64,000 bases of DNA from Scyliorhinus canicula (taxonomy: Eukaryota): NCBI RefSeq assembly GCF_902713615.1, contig NC_052150.1, forward strand, positions 176,706,107 through 176,770,106, written 5' to 3'. Under the pieces are notes generated by a model. That model ran no database searches. It had not been told where the DNA came from and saw only the letters and a program-made list of their open reading frames with translations. Numbering within the stretch: the first letter of the stretch is position 1; every line of letters begins with the position of its first letter. Positions 47,993-60,499 of this stretch are shown here, piece by piece. The position numbers were made by a program, and so were the translations under genes.

Positions 47993-50040
47993 TTCACAGT
48001 GGAAGACACAAATAACATGCCAGCGACTGATAGAAATGAGGCTATGACGGGTGATGACCTTGAGAGGATTGTTATCACTAAGGAGGGAGTGATGGGCAAG
48101 CTAATGGGGCTAAAGGTAGACAAGTCTACTGGCCCTGATGGAATCCATCCCAGAGTGCTAAAAGAGATGGCTAGGGAAATTGCAGATGCACTAGTGATAA
48201 TTTACCGAAATTCACTAGACTCTGGGGTGGTCCCGGTGGATTGGAAATTAGCAAACGTGACGCCACTGTTTAAAAAAGGAGGTAGGCAGAAAGCAGGAAA
48301 TTATAGGCCAGTGAGCTTAACTTCGGTAGTAGGGAAGATGCTGGAATCTATCATCAAGGAAGAAATTGCGAGGCATCTGGATAGAAATTGTCCCATTGGG
48401 CAGACGCAGCATGGGTTCGTAAAGGGCAGGACATGCCTAACTAATTTAGTGGAATTTTTTGAGGACATTACCAGTGCAGTAGATAACGGGGAGCCGATGG
48501 ATGTGGTATATCTGGATTTCCAGAAAGCCTTTGACAAGGTGCCACACAAAAGGTTGCTGCATAAGATAAAGATGCATGGCATTAAGGGTAAAGTAGTAGC
48601 ATGGATAGAGGATTGATTAATTAATAGAAAGCAAAGAGTTGGGATAAATGGGTGTTTCTCTGGTTGGCAATCAGTAGCTAGTGGTGTCCCTCAGGGATCC
48701 GTGTTGGGCCCACAATTGTTCACAATTTACATAGCTGATTTGGAGTTGGGGACCAAGGGCAATGTGTCCAAGTTTGCGGATGACACTAAGATGAGTGGTA
48801 ACGCGAAAAGTGCAGAGGATACTGGAAGTCTGCAGAGGGATTTGGATAGGTTAAGTGAATGGGCTAGGGTCTGGCAGATGGAATACAATGTTGACAAATG
48901 TGAGGTTATCCATTTTGGTAGGAATAACAGCAAACGGGATTATTATTTAAACGATAAAATATTAAAGCATGTCGCTGTTCAGAGAGACTTGGGTGTGCTA
49001 GTGCATGAGTCACAGAAGGTTGGTTTACAAGTGCAACAGGTGATTAAGAAGGCAAATGGAATTTTGTCCTTCATTGCTAGAGGGATGGAGTTTAAGACTA
49101 GGGAGGTTATGTTGCAATTGTATAAGGTGTTAGTGCGGCCACACCTGGAGTATTGTGTTCAGTTTTGGTCTCCTTACTCGAGAAAGGACGTACTGGCGCT
49201 GGAGGGTGTGCAGAGGAGATTCACTAGGTTAATCCCAGAGCTGAAGGGGTTGGATTATTAGAATTAGAATTAGAACAGTACAGCACAGAACAGGCCCTTC
49301 AGCCCTCAATGTTGTGCCGAGCAATGATCACCCTACTCAAGCCCAAGTATCCACCCTATACCAGTAACCCAACAACCCCCATTAACATTATTTTTTAGGA
49401 CACTAAGGACAATTTAGCCTGGCCAATCCACCTAACCCGCACATCTTTGGACTGTGGGAGGAAACCCACGCACACACGGGGAGGACGTGCAGACTCCGCA
49501 CAGACAGTGCCCCAGCCGGGAATCGAACCTGGGACCCTGGAGCTGTGAAGCATTGATGCTAACCACCATGCTACCGTGCTGCCCATTATGAGGCGAGGTT
49601 GAGTAGACTGGGACTGTACTCTTTGGAATTTAGAAGGATGAGGGGGGATCTTATAGAAACATTTAAAATTATGAAGGGAATAGATAGGATAGATGCGGGC
49701 AGGTTGTTTCCACTGGCGGGTGACAGCAGAACTAGGGGACATAGCCTCAAAATAAGGGGAAGTAGATTTAGGACTGAGTTTAGGAGGAACTTCTTCACCC
49801 AAAAGGTTGTGAATGTATGGAATTCCTTGCCCAGTGAAGCAGTTGAGGCTCCTTCATTACATGTTTTTAAGGTAAAGATAGATAGTTTTTTGAAGAACAA
49901 AGGGATTAAGGGTTATGGTGTTCGGGCCGGAAAGTGGAGCTGAGTCCACAAAAGATCAGCCATGATCTAATTGAATGGCGGAGCAGGCTCGAGGGGCCAG
50001 ATGGCCTACTCCTGCTCCTAGTTCTTATGTTCTTATGTTC
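47993..50040 (+). mobile_element. Young 5'-truncated CR1 (HER1-like) LINE, RT domain, one stop codon and a SINE insertion
   Basis: GPDGIHPRVLKE, NYRPVSLTS, QHGF, YLDFQKAFDKVPH, GVPQGSVLGP, FADDTK; TGA at 48614; (TTCTTATG)n tail. Confidence 0.95.
49259..49584 (-). mobile_element. HE1-type V-SINE inserted in CR1 ORF2
   Basis: Full head, core and tail with a (TTCTAA)n end; TSD ATTAT. Confidence 0.92.
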
Positions 50041-51152
50041 TCACGGAACACAGTCCCAGTTTCTCCAATCTGCCTATGTAATTGAAATTCCTGATTTTTG
50101 GAATGATTCATGTGAATCTTTTCTATGTAACTGAAATTCCTGGAAAGATTCATGTGATCTTTGCTGCACCCACTCTAAATACTTCACATCATTCCTGATG
50201 TGTTCTGTCCAGAACGGGATGCAATTCTCCAGTTGAGGCCAGAGCTTCCTTTTGTATCGGGTTCATATAATTTATTGCTTTTGGATTCTATGTCCTTATT
50301 GATAAAGCCGAGAATGGCATTTACTATATTCACCGCTCTCTCAAATGGCCCTGCCACCTTCAATAAATATATTGTATGTATACACCCAGGTCCCTTTGCT
50401 CCTGAACCCCCCCTTCAGTTGTTCATCTGAATTTCTATTGTTTCCTCTCACTCTTCCTACAAAAATCAGTCACTTCACACTTCTCCGTATTCAATTTCAT
50501 CTGTCATTCATCTGCCCCTTTTCCTGACCTGTCTATGTCCTTTTGAAGTTTTATACCATCCTCCTCACAGTTCACAATGTTTCTAAGTTTTGGGACTTCG
50601 CCAACTTTTACAATTGTGCCCTGCACTGAAATGTAGATCACCAATACATAAGGAAGAGCAAGGGTCTGACCCCAGGGAACGTCACTATAAAACTTCTTTC
50701 CAGTCTGAAAAAGAATATTTAATCACTGTTGCTTGTTTTCTGTCATTTGGCCAGTATTTTATCCATGTTGCTGCAGTCCCTTTTATTCCATGAGCTCTAA
50801 ATTCGCTCAAAGGCCTGTTGTGTAGCACTTTATCAAATGCCTTTGGAAGTCCAAATGTCACATCAACTGGTTGTTACATCATCAAAAAAACTCAAGCAAG
50901 TTAATCAAACATGATTTGCCCATAGCAAATCTATGATCGCATTCCTTAATTAACCCACATTTACTTAAAAATCTTCACAAATTTCTATGTGATCTTCCAG
51001 ATAAAAACCAAGGCGAATCGGGAGAGCTATTGCAGTCATATAAATCTATTTGTGGGGACAAATTAGATAAACCAGAGGTAGCTATGCATGATGTAAATGC
51101 GTGAAAAATGGTCAAATTAAATAATATCCTTATAGATTGATTCCAATAAGAT

Positions 51153-51490
51153 GGGGGCCATGGTAGCTCAGTGGTTAGCACAGTTGCTTCACAGCTCCAG
51201 GGTCCCAGGTTCAATTCCCAGCTTCAGTCACTGTCTGTGCAGAGTTCGCACTTTCTCCCCGTGTGTGCGTGGGTTTCCTCCGGGTGCTCCCGTTTCCTCC
51301 CACAGTCCAAAGATGTGCAGGTTAGGTGGATTGGCCATGATAAATTGCCCTTAGTGTCCAAAAAGATTGGGTGGGGTTACTGTGGTACAGGGATAGGGTG
51401 GAGGTGTGAGCTTAGGTAGGGTGCTCTTTCCAAGGGCCGGTGCAGACCCGATGGGCTGAATGACCTCCTTCTGCACTGTAAATTCTATAA
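51153..51490 (+). mobile_element. HE1-type V-SINE, full length
   Basis: Box A/B, V core, CR1-type tail. Confidence 0.92.
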
Positions 51491-51516
51491 GGTTATTGCA
51501 CGTGCAAAAAGATATT

Positions 51517-52071
51517 GGGCGCGATTCTCCGCTCCCACGCCGGGTGGGAGAATCGCGGGAGGGCCGCTCTGGCACCCCCCCGCGATTCTCCCACCCCCCC
51601 CCCCAAAATGGCGTGTCACGTTTTGGGACACGCCGCTCGGAGAATCGCGGGCCGCCGTTTTTCACGTGGTTTGTGGCTTGTGGGGGGCGGAGAGGGGAGT
51701 GAGCACCACGACCGTGCTCGGGAGGGGACTGGCCCGCGATCGGTGCCCACCGATTGTCTGGCTGGCGTCTTAAAGGGACACATTCTTTTCCCTCTGCCGC
51801 CCCGCAAGATCAAGCCGCCACGTCTTGCGGGGCAGCGGAGGGGAAGACGGCAACCGCGCATGCGCGGCTGACGTCATTAGGTGCACCGGCCGCGTCATTC
51901 TCGGCACGCCGGGCCTTGACGCCAGCGACAAGGCCCGGCGGCCGAGATTTACGGCACGGCCCTCCTAGCCCCCCGCGGGGGGTAGAATAGGGGTCCAGGA
52001 GCGGCCTCCAACGCCGCCGTGAACCTCTCCGGGTTTCACGGCGGCGTCGGGCCTTGTGGAGAATTCCGCCC
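51517..52071. mobile_element. PIF/Harbinger-type MITE
   Basis: TIRs GGGCGCGATTCTCC and GGAGAATTCCGCCC; TSD ATT. Confidence 0.88.
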
Positions 52072-52079
52072 ATTGAATT

Positions 52080-52338
52080 AATGATTCAAAATGTGATTAT
52101 TGAATTAAGTTCTCGTGATTGGAGTTCACCTATTGTACCGAAGCTGGATGGAACCATACTTATGGCAATAAAAGATTATTATTTAAAAAAAACCAAGAGA
52201 CTGTGTGTAGACCACAGGAAAGTGAATTCCATCACCAAGAGAGACTAATTTCTTATTCTATAGCTGGAGGACGAGAACGTGGCACAGGCAAAGTTCATTC
52301 CAAAAATAGACTTGCTTAAAGGATATTGGCAAGTGGCA
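52080..52338 (+). pseudogene. Gypsy reverse transcriptase fragment
   Basis: IIELSSRDWSSPIVPK.DGT...RLCVDHRKVN...AKFIPKIDLLKGYWQV. Confidence 0.85.
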
Positions 52339-52340
52339 TA

Positions 52341-52475
52341 ATAATAATAATAACCCTTAATGTCACAAGTAGGCTTACATTAACACTGGAATGAAGTTAC
52401 TGTGAAAAGTCTTTAGTCGCCACATTCCAGCGTTTGTTTGGGCAGCACATCTTTCGGGACTTGTGGTAGGAAACA
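52341..52475 (-). mobile_element. 3' part of the (ATT)n-tailed V-SINE
   Basis: Matches 11703-11870. Confidence 0.8.
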
Positions 52476-53184
52476 AACTATTTTAAAAAGGAAATTGTAG
52501 AAAAGATAGATTGGCTTGGTTAGTGGAGCCAGTGTCTTGATATGCTGATTACCTCGGAACAAACACTACAGACAACTGTTTACCTAAAACAAGTTTGTAA
52601 CAATGGAGAACAGATTTTGTAGCTAAAGTAAAGATGGTGAAAGTTCAAAAGAGATGGGGTGGTTTTTACACTTTACATTTTGAAAGGTAAATTCATGTAA
52701 TAAAGAAAATTAAGAGTGACTTCTGAGACGATTCGTTCAGATAAGGGAGGATCAAAAGGAAAAACAGGACATCAAAATCAGGTTCACCCTACGCAAGAGA
52801 GCTGTTTTGAGACCGCAGTGTCCAGCAGTTAGCAGTGTCGGCTCAAACAAGCTGGGCCTGGAGAAAGCCTGCTTGAGAAGCCAAATGTCTCCATCCTAAG
52901 TTGGAAGCAACCTCAAAAGATATAGGTGCTTGGTGTAGCAACTATTGCCGGATTCGACTTATAGTTTTAAAACCTATGGGATGTTGTTTGGGGAGGTTTA
53001 GCTCTGCGGTTAGGAAAATTGAGGGATTTGGAACTTGGTAACTGTAAATATTCCATGTGTAATCATTAATGCAGTTAAGTGTATTTTAGTTGACTTTCTT
53101 GCAGTGCATTTTACTGTTTAACAAACCCTTATTTTTGTTTAAAATCGTCACAACAACATCTGGGATATCCTTCCAGGGACGTAC

Positions 53185-53300
53185 AGGTTAGGTTATATGG
53201 ATAGGATGGGGGAGGAGGCTTGGGTAGGGTGTTCTTTCAGAGGGTCGGTGCAGACTCAATGGACCAAATGGCCTCCTTCTGCACTGTAGGGATTCTATGA
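53185..53300 (+). mobile_element. HE1 SINE 3' fragment
   Basis: CR1-type tail GGCCTCCTTCTGCACTGTAGGGATTCTATG. Confidence 0.8.
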
Positions 53301-54971
53301 AATGCAGTGCCTTGCACACGAGGGAATCCAGCCATTCAGTAAAAACTGTTCTGTCGAGTTGATTTTTTTTCTTTCTGCAGTGAAAATAGGGAAATGTTGC
53401 CCTTACCCTTGTAAGGATTGGCACTTACCCGGTACATGTGTGCACTGCAAACTGCCTGATGTGGAATATGTGTTGGGATGGTTTTAAGGGCCCTAGTAGC
53501 ATGAAAGCTTCATGCTGCAGTGAATCGTCAGTTGTACAGCGGGAGCTGTGCCTGATCCAGAAATTGTTTCCAGGTCACTGTGCAGCAGATGGCACAACTC
53601 CCTGGCAACCTATCTTGAGGATCAGAGATGGCAAAGATGGAACTCTTCCAAGAGACTTCTGAGACGTGTATGGAGTGGGTTTATTAATGTAGGCCCCAGA
53701 GTGGTGCTTTAAATTTGTTGGTCCTCATAAGCGCCTTCCATCTCAATTTCACATACCTCTTAAGGCACCCCTGAAGTAGAAGCCCTGTTCACTTAAAGAT
53801 CAGCAGCAACAAAGAATGGCAAAGTGTTTTGGCTGGAGGAAAACAATGCAAAACCAGCTACACTAAAATGGAACAGACTGGTCTGTGAGGGACTTTATAT
53901 AAGCGTGATCTTGCATTCTGAGTGAGATTCGTGTTGTAGGTGGAGCTTGCTCAAACATACAATATCTAGTCATACAATTAGTAACACTATCATACTAAAA
54001 TTAAACCATGCATGGCTGTATCTCATTACTTGTCCTATCATCTAAACATCAGGTACCAGCAAATCAGTTATGCACAGCAGGCAATCGGTGCTTCAGCCCT
54101 CAGCTGCCCCCTTACATAATCAGCCCTTTGCTGTCTTCTTACTTTAGCAGTTCATCCCCATCAGCAACTGGCAGGATTGTACGAGCTTGTAATATGATGC
54201 TGTTGCTAATGGAAACTAAATCAGTAAACTTGCATCCTCATTTAATGCAACTCAAAAATGAACATTGTATATAAATACAGATTATTGAATAGGCGCATTC
54301 CTAATTACTGTTAATTATCTGGTAACCTTACAGCAGCATCTTACATTTATTTGCCGCTTCTAATCCAAGTTGCTTCATAGCGGGTTTTTTTTAATGGTTG
54401 CTTTTGCAAAGAAGGAGATGTTAGTGTTGCTGGAGGGGATTTTGAAAGGGGTCTGAAAGGAGTAATGTGATGTGGTGTGGGAGAAGGGGTTTGAGAGGGA
54501 ATGGTGCAGTGGGCTTGAGGGACTGAATGGCTTAATCCGCTCATAAGTGCTTATGTTCAATCTTATGCTCCAGTGAGTTGGATGTCGGCAGCTGAAAGAG
54601 GATGGAGATTGGGAAACCAGTCAGGGAAACATTGAAAGATTTGCTTTCTTCATGTAAACAAAAATATCAGAACATTTAACAAACTGTGAGGACCCTTTCT
54701 TATCAATTCCATGTATATTCCTATAATTCAACCAGCTTCACATTTCCCTTTTTCACCATATAGAAAAAAAAGTCCTCCACCTCTCTCAAAAACATCTTCT
54801 CAAATTCCCAACTCCCTCGTCTTCGACCTTTGACTCATCGTGAAACTTCTGCTATTGCTATCCTGCTTAATTTCTCTCTTAACCTTGCACCCAACAACTC
54901 AATCACTGTCGCTGTCTCTACTATTTCTCCTGGTAGAGTCCTTTGCCACCATCTTTGTGCCCTCTAGTCAA

Positions 54972-55075
54972 TGGTGTGCAGGATTCCTGTTTCAGAAGGT
55001 TGGAAAATTAGCTGCAACAGCAGTGGCTGGAAGCTTCTTCCTGTTCCAGATTGCCAATCACTGTTGCACATTAAT
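54972..55075 (+). pseudogene. FUNDC1: Processed pseudogene fragment of FUN14 domain protein (FUNDC1/FUNDC2)
   Basis: [30 protein letters not shown] matches the vertebrate FUNDC1 core [30 protein letters not shown]; no splice sites at the ends; flanked by LINE-like debris; FUNDC2 origin not excluded. Confidence 0.8.
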
Positions 55076-55289
55076 CCAGTAGCCAATCAGGAGATCTGGA
55101 TCAACATCAAGCACTAAGATGTCTCATCCTCCTCAGCCATAGCTAATGATTACTCGAGGATTGGCTTGAGAGGAAGCTCAATCCCTGGTTCCTCTCTCTC
55201 TTTCATCAGGACCAACCATTTCCTTAAACCCTTCTCCTCCACCCGGACATCCTCAGCACACAAATCAAATGAAATGAGCTGAAGGAGTT

Positions 55290-55630
55290 GGGCTGCACGG
55301 TGGTAGAGCGGTTAGCACCGCCGCCTCTTAGCTCCAGGGACCCGCGTTTAATTCCGACCTCGGGTTACTTTGTGGAATTTGCACTTTCTCCCCGTGTCTG
55401 CATGGGTTTCCTCTGGGTGCTCCGGTTTCCTCCCACAGTCCAAAGATATCCAGGTTAGGTGGGCTGGCCATGCTAAATTACTCCTTAGTGTCCAAAAGGT
55501 TAGGCAGTGTTATTGAGTTACGGGGATAGGGTGGAGGAGTGGGCTTAAGTAGGTGCTCTTTCCAAGGGCCGCTGAGACTCGATGGGCTGAATGGCCCCTT
55601 CTGCACTGTAGGGATCCTATGATTCTATGA
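55290..55630 (+). mobile_element. HE1-type V-SINE, full length
   Basis: Head, V core and (ATTCTATG)n tail. Confidence 0.9.
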
Positions 55631-56199
55631 GTTATTTGGGATTAAAATATTTGTGTTTTGAATGGTTTCCTCCTAGAAAATGAGAGAAACACTTTTCAGG
55701 AAATCTCTGAAGGATCACAATTCAAACAATGCAGCACTCCCATACGGCTGGAAATATCAGACTATCTACTTCATTCTGAATTGGGAATTAATACTATCAT
55801 GACTCTTAATACAACTTGTATTTATCTGACAGATTTAACACGTAAAAATGTCTCAAGACCATTTACAGAGGCATGAGGAAAAATGGACATTGAGGCACAG
55901 TAGATTGTTTTCGAGGGATTGTTGAGAACACTTGCACATTGGGTACAACTAATTGGAAACAAAGTGAATCTATTACGCTAGATTTCTGCGTATTTTGCCT
56001 CACATTCAGTTTTCTGTTTGAGTTATATAACGGCACCAGAATCTCCAATCAGTTTCCACCTTATTACATCAAGGCCATCGAGGAGGGTCTGGGAAGATCA
56101 CATTCTGAAATCTCGCTGATGCAAATCCTGTTTCTGGCCTCTCGCGATATTTCGCGACCATTATGCACCTACAGCTAACTGGCATTCTAAATCCTGCCC

Positions 56200-56927
56200 C
56201 CAGGAATGGTTCAGGAGAATTCAAGGGAAAAGCAGTCAAAGGGCTGTGAGTGAAAGTGGCAGCTTCAGCAATCAGAGCTACAGTGGGAAAGCAGATTCAG
56301 AGTTAAATCAAAAGTTTGGTGCTATTTCAGTAGAGCCTGGGAATGATTGGTTAAAGCAATTGTGAACAGTTTGTACAACGGTCAAGACAAAGAAATCCTA
56401 AAGGGTCCATTGTAAAACCTGGATGCTGGATTATTTGTTAAAAGTGGAGTGGAAGCTTTGTTTGAAAGAGGAATTTGGAAAACTTGGACTGGATTTTGTA
56501 TTTAAAAAAGCATTGTTGTTAAAGAAGATATTAAAAAAATTAGGGGGATGTGGAGTTTGTAAACTCTCATGTGACAATCAATCTGGGGGGGGGGGTTTGA
56601 GGAGAAATCCATAGACATTCACATGGGTTCAGAGTGGAGAATATATTTGACCACAGCCAACTTGTGCGTTACAGAAACTTTTGCAGCTTCAGATGTACTT
56701 TGTAATCCCTGTTAACCTTAGAATTTATGTATATTTCTGAAGTTAACATGGGAGTAAAGGAGTATTGTATAATAATCCAACTTTTCATGTTTAATAATTT
56801 TTTTTGTTGTTAAAACTAATAAGTGGTCTTGTGACTCTTCCTCCAAAGTAAAAGTTACAGGTTTTTAAGTCAGGGTTCCATTCTGGGAGTTTCCCACCCA
56901 GTTATAACATCAACTGGGATCGTGACA
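56200..56927. mobile_element. Probable LTR remnant
   Basis: Ends GGGATCGTGACA, which in inverse resembles TGTTAAGATCCC at 17712; no TSD verified. Confidence 0.4.
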
Positions 56928-56934
56928 CATATCA

Positions 56935-57130
56935 GGATAGTACTAAAAGAGCACAGCAGTGTCTTTCAGATACAAAGTTAAATTGAAATGCTACCCTCAG
57001 GTGAATGAAAATAATCCCATGGTACCATTCAAAGACAAGCAGGTGAGGTGGCCAATACTTATTCCTCAAATAACACCAAAACAGCCAATCAGAACATTTA
57101 TTTAATTGCTGTTTAGTGGGAGCTTGCTTT
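56935..57130 (+). mobile_element. Deu-domain SINE (SacSINE1/AmnSINE1-like) relic
   Basis: TGTCTTTCAGAT...GTTAAA...CTCAGGTG...ATCCCATGG...TGGCCAATA...ATTGCTGTTT.GTGGGA matches the Deu-domain consensus. Confidence 0.7.
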
Positions 57131-57860
57131 AATTCCGGCATTGCAATATTAACTAAATTTTAAGTTATTTGTGCAATAAAAGAGACACAGTCTCACCCTT
57201 TCATCTTATGTTCGTCAGGACAGACAGAAGAATGCCAAATTTCAGAAGGAACAACAGTTTATACTGCATGCGAAAAGGGTGCTGATCGTTTGGCAAGTTG
57301 TTTCTGATTGACCAAGGCATTTCCATGGAGATTAGACCAGGGAACTACTGTCTCTCATTCTTTTGCCTAATTCAAAAATGCTTACATAAATGCACAACTT
57401 TTCTTGCTTCATATAAAAAGAGGCTTCAGTGTGCTTTTTGTTCTTCTTACTGTCTGCAATCATAAATTAATTATTTCATAGACAGATATTGCCATTTCAC
57501 TGCACAGTGTCTTTTCCACTTCTTATTGGGTTTAGTACATAAAATCCATCCACTTTCATGAATTATATCAGATTACACACCACTAGGTTTCATTACCATT
57601 CAGGGTAATGGCCTTCAGTCTGAATTGCACCCTTCAAATCAATATTATGAGCAATATATTGTCACACTCAGAAGCAAATCACACATCATGCAAATCAGCA
57701 CAGTGATTGGGCAATAGTGCAAATCAACCAATATAATGGTTGTGAAAACATGAAACTAAAAAGCATGAATTAGGATTCAAAAATATTGCTTCAAGGTTTA
57801 TTATATGGCTTTTGACAAATACTTTAATTAGCAGCACTCGTTCGCAGCCTTAGACATGGA

Positions 57861-58501
57861 GGGCGGGATTCTCTCAGCACAGGGCCGGACCGGAGAATCC
57901 CCGCCACCGACGCGAATCGTGCCTCGCCGCCCCGACGTCGGCACGCGATTCTCCGCAGTGCAGAGAATCGGCGCATGTGGTTGGCGCGGCACCAGTCGGG
58001 GGCCGCTATATGCAGCCGGCCCACCGATTCTCAACCGGGATGGCTGTCGTAAAAACGGCATGTCCCGCCGGCGCCGTCCACACCTGCTCTCAGCCAGTGG
58101 GAACTCTGCGTGGAAGGGTCGGGGGGCTGCCTGTAGGGAAGGAGGGGGGTCCAACCCTGGGAGGGGGGGGGGGGGGGCGGCCCTCCGATGTGGCCTGGCC
58201 CGCGATCGGGGCCCACTGATCGGCGGGCCGGCCTCTCTGGCTGGGGGCCTTGTTTCTTCCGCGCCGGCCCCTGTAATCCTGTGCCATGTTGTGTCGGGCC
58301 GGCACGTTGAAGTAAGCCACTGCGCATGTGCGCGTTGGCGCTGGTGCCACTGAGCATGCGTGGGTCCCACGGCGCCCAGTTGACGCCGGGTTCAGTACGG
58401 GACAGAATTGCTGATCCTGAGGCCGTGTTGACGCTGTCGAGAAACGCGATGGCGTTTCCGACGGCGTCAACACTTAGCCTCAGGATCACAGAATCCCGCC
58501 C
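57861..58501. mobile_element. PIF/Harbinger-type MITE
   Basis: TIRs GGGCGGGATTCT and AGAATCCCGCCC; TSD GGA. Confidence 0.88.
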
Positions 58502-58950
58502 GGAATTCCTACAGTGCAGAAAGAGGCCATTCAAACCATTAAGCCTGAAAGAGCACCCTCGCTATGAAATGAAAATGAAATGAAATGAAAATCACTTATT
58601 GTCACGAGTAGGCTTCAATGAAGTTACTGTGAAAAGCCCCTAGTCGCCACATTCCGGCGCCTGTCCGGGGAGGCTGGTACGGGAATCGAACCGTGCTGCT
58701 GGCCTACATGGTCTGCTTTAAAAGCCAGCGATTTAGCCTTGTGAGCTAAACCAGCCCCTTGTGAGCTAAACCAGCCCCTTGTGAGCTAAACCAGCCCCTG
58801 CCCACTCCTACAACCTATCCCCGTAACCCCACCTAACCTGCACATCCCTGGATACTAAAGGGCAATTTATCATGGCTAATCCACCTAACTTGCACGTCTT
58901 TGGACTGTGGGAGGTAACTGGAGCACCCAGAGGAAACCCACACCAACACG
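58502..58950 (-). mobile_element. HE1 V-SINE (3' part) interrupted by another SINE
   Basis: Tail at 58502-58560; core at 58800-58950. Confidence 0.8.
58565..58799 (-). mobile_element. Short tRNA-derived SINE with (ATTTC)n tail; first 20 bp triplicated
   Basis: Reverse complement of 62797-62979; three copies of CCTTGTGAGCTAAACCAGCC. Confidence 0.88.
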
Positions 58951-60499
58951 TTAATACATCAAAGTTGGTTAGCTCTCTCTAAATAAGTCTGGGCATTCAG
59001 AAATATGCATCATGTTCATTGGGGGGTGAATATCTAGCAAAGCAATCTTTGTTCACGCTTCTGATCAACAGCACCTTCATTGCACTCACTTATAAGCTGT
59101 AACTGACCCAAAAATTCACCTGAGTGACTCCTGCTAATATGCTATCCCAGGAGGGCTGTGAGCCTTTCCAAGTCACTATTCATCATGTATGAGCGTGGAA
59201 TTCAAGTGTGTGCATGCTATTCATTTACAGTGACCCTCACAATGAAGGCTGACCCCACATTATGCAATTGAGATCTTCGAATGCACCATAGTTCAAGAGA
59301 GTGAGCATATGTAAATATTGTATCTACTCAGGTGATGGACCAAAGGAGCCTCCTGCGGCAGTAATCCAGAAACTGGGCTCACATCTACTCCCTTGTGCCC
59401 AACGTCATGTGGCCTAAAAGTTCCTAGAAAGGGGACAAAATGGTGAAAATCCTGAGGATGTGAGCCCTTTACTGCAGGTCAATTATCCTCATTTAAAAAA
59501 CAGAAAAGGGCTTCTATTTCTTATAGATTGTAATATATTCTCAGTGAAGAATAAATCAATGTCATGACATTGAAGTAAAACAATACATGGTATTGAACAC
59601 CAAAGTTAAACTAATAGGTCCTGAAGGCAAGGGGAGAGGGAAACCGGTATCACAGGCTCTCCAAATTGAAGTGAGACTGCCCATGAGTGCAAATTAGCTC
59701 CCTGCTTGCAAACACCAGTATTGACTATGCTGTAAGCTCCCCATGAAAGGAGAGCTCCTGCTTGGAAATATACCTCACAACCCAGCAGCCAAATAAATCA
59801 CAATAAAGAAGCTGCATCTGATTAGGGTTTGTAGTAGAGAAGAGCATTCCAAGTTCCAAATGGAAAATAAAAACTCCAGCAAGAGAGGCTGCATACCACT
59901 GTGAGAAAGTCAATAAGCAAGAGAGGCCTTCATGATTCAGATTTCTCCTCACATACTTCATTTCCTTTGTGTGGATTGAAGGATTTATGCAGCACTGAGT
60001 TTGGGGGAATCGCCCAACAGATACAGGGAACATTGATTCTAACTGGCTCCTTATTCAATCATTAATTTCCTCAGCCTAGATTAAGATATTTCACTGCCAA
60101 ATTAGACCGCAAATCCGCAAGGCAGAATATATTTCTCTGAACAGTCGGGTTAAAGTTTCTGGTGAAGAAGGTTTTTGGCAGAATGCTTGCTGTGAGAGGT
60201 AGAATCAGATATGAAATGTGCTGTACGACTGTGAAATAGGATTTCTGAGTGGTCCCAATGGTCCACCAGGTGAGTGTATGTGACAAACTAAAGGGGCAGG
60301 CCAGTTAGCTGTGGTGGAAATTCCGTCATGACTGCTAACTCTTCCGAGAGGACAGAAATGGGATTTGCGCCGGCGAGATTTCAGATCGCGATCTTCCCAT
60401 GCCTTGCACGTGGATGGGATCAGGTTGACACCCAGGACAAGCGCGAACCTGATTTGCATGAACATGAATCCATTAACATGTACTTAGCATGGTGTTCTT

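Larger units (their letters stand above)
47575..50960 (-). mobile_element. Old CR1 LINE remnant interrupted by a younger CR1
   Basis: CR1 tail at 47575-47640 on the minus strand; RT remnants at 50430-50960. Confidence 0.65.

Noticed and set aside
47999-49943. Active CR1 reverse transcriptase
   Set aside because: 5'-truncated with no endonuclease, an in-frame stop at 48614 and a SINE insertion at 49259
60240-60269. Collagen-like microexon (GPNGPPG) before CAG|GTGAGT
   Set aside because: Weak acceptor, only two Gly-X-Y triplets and no other collagen exons in the window
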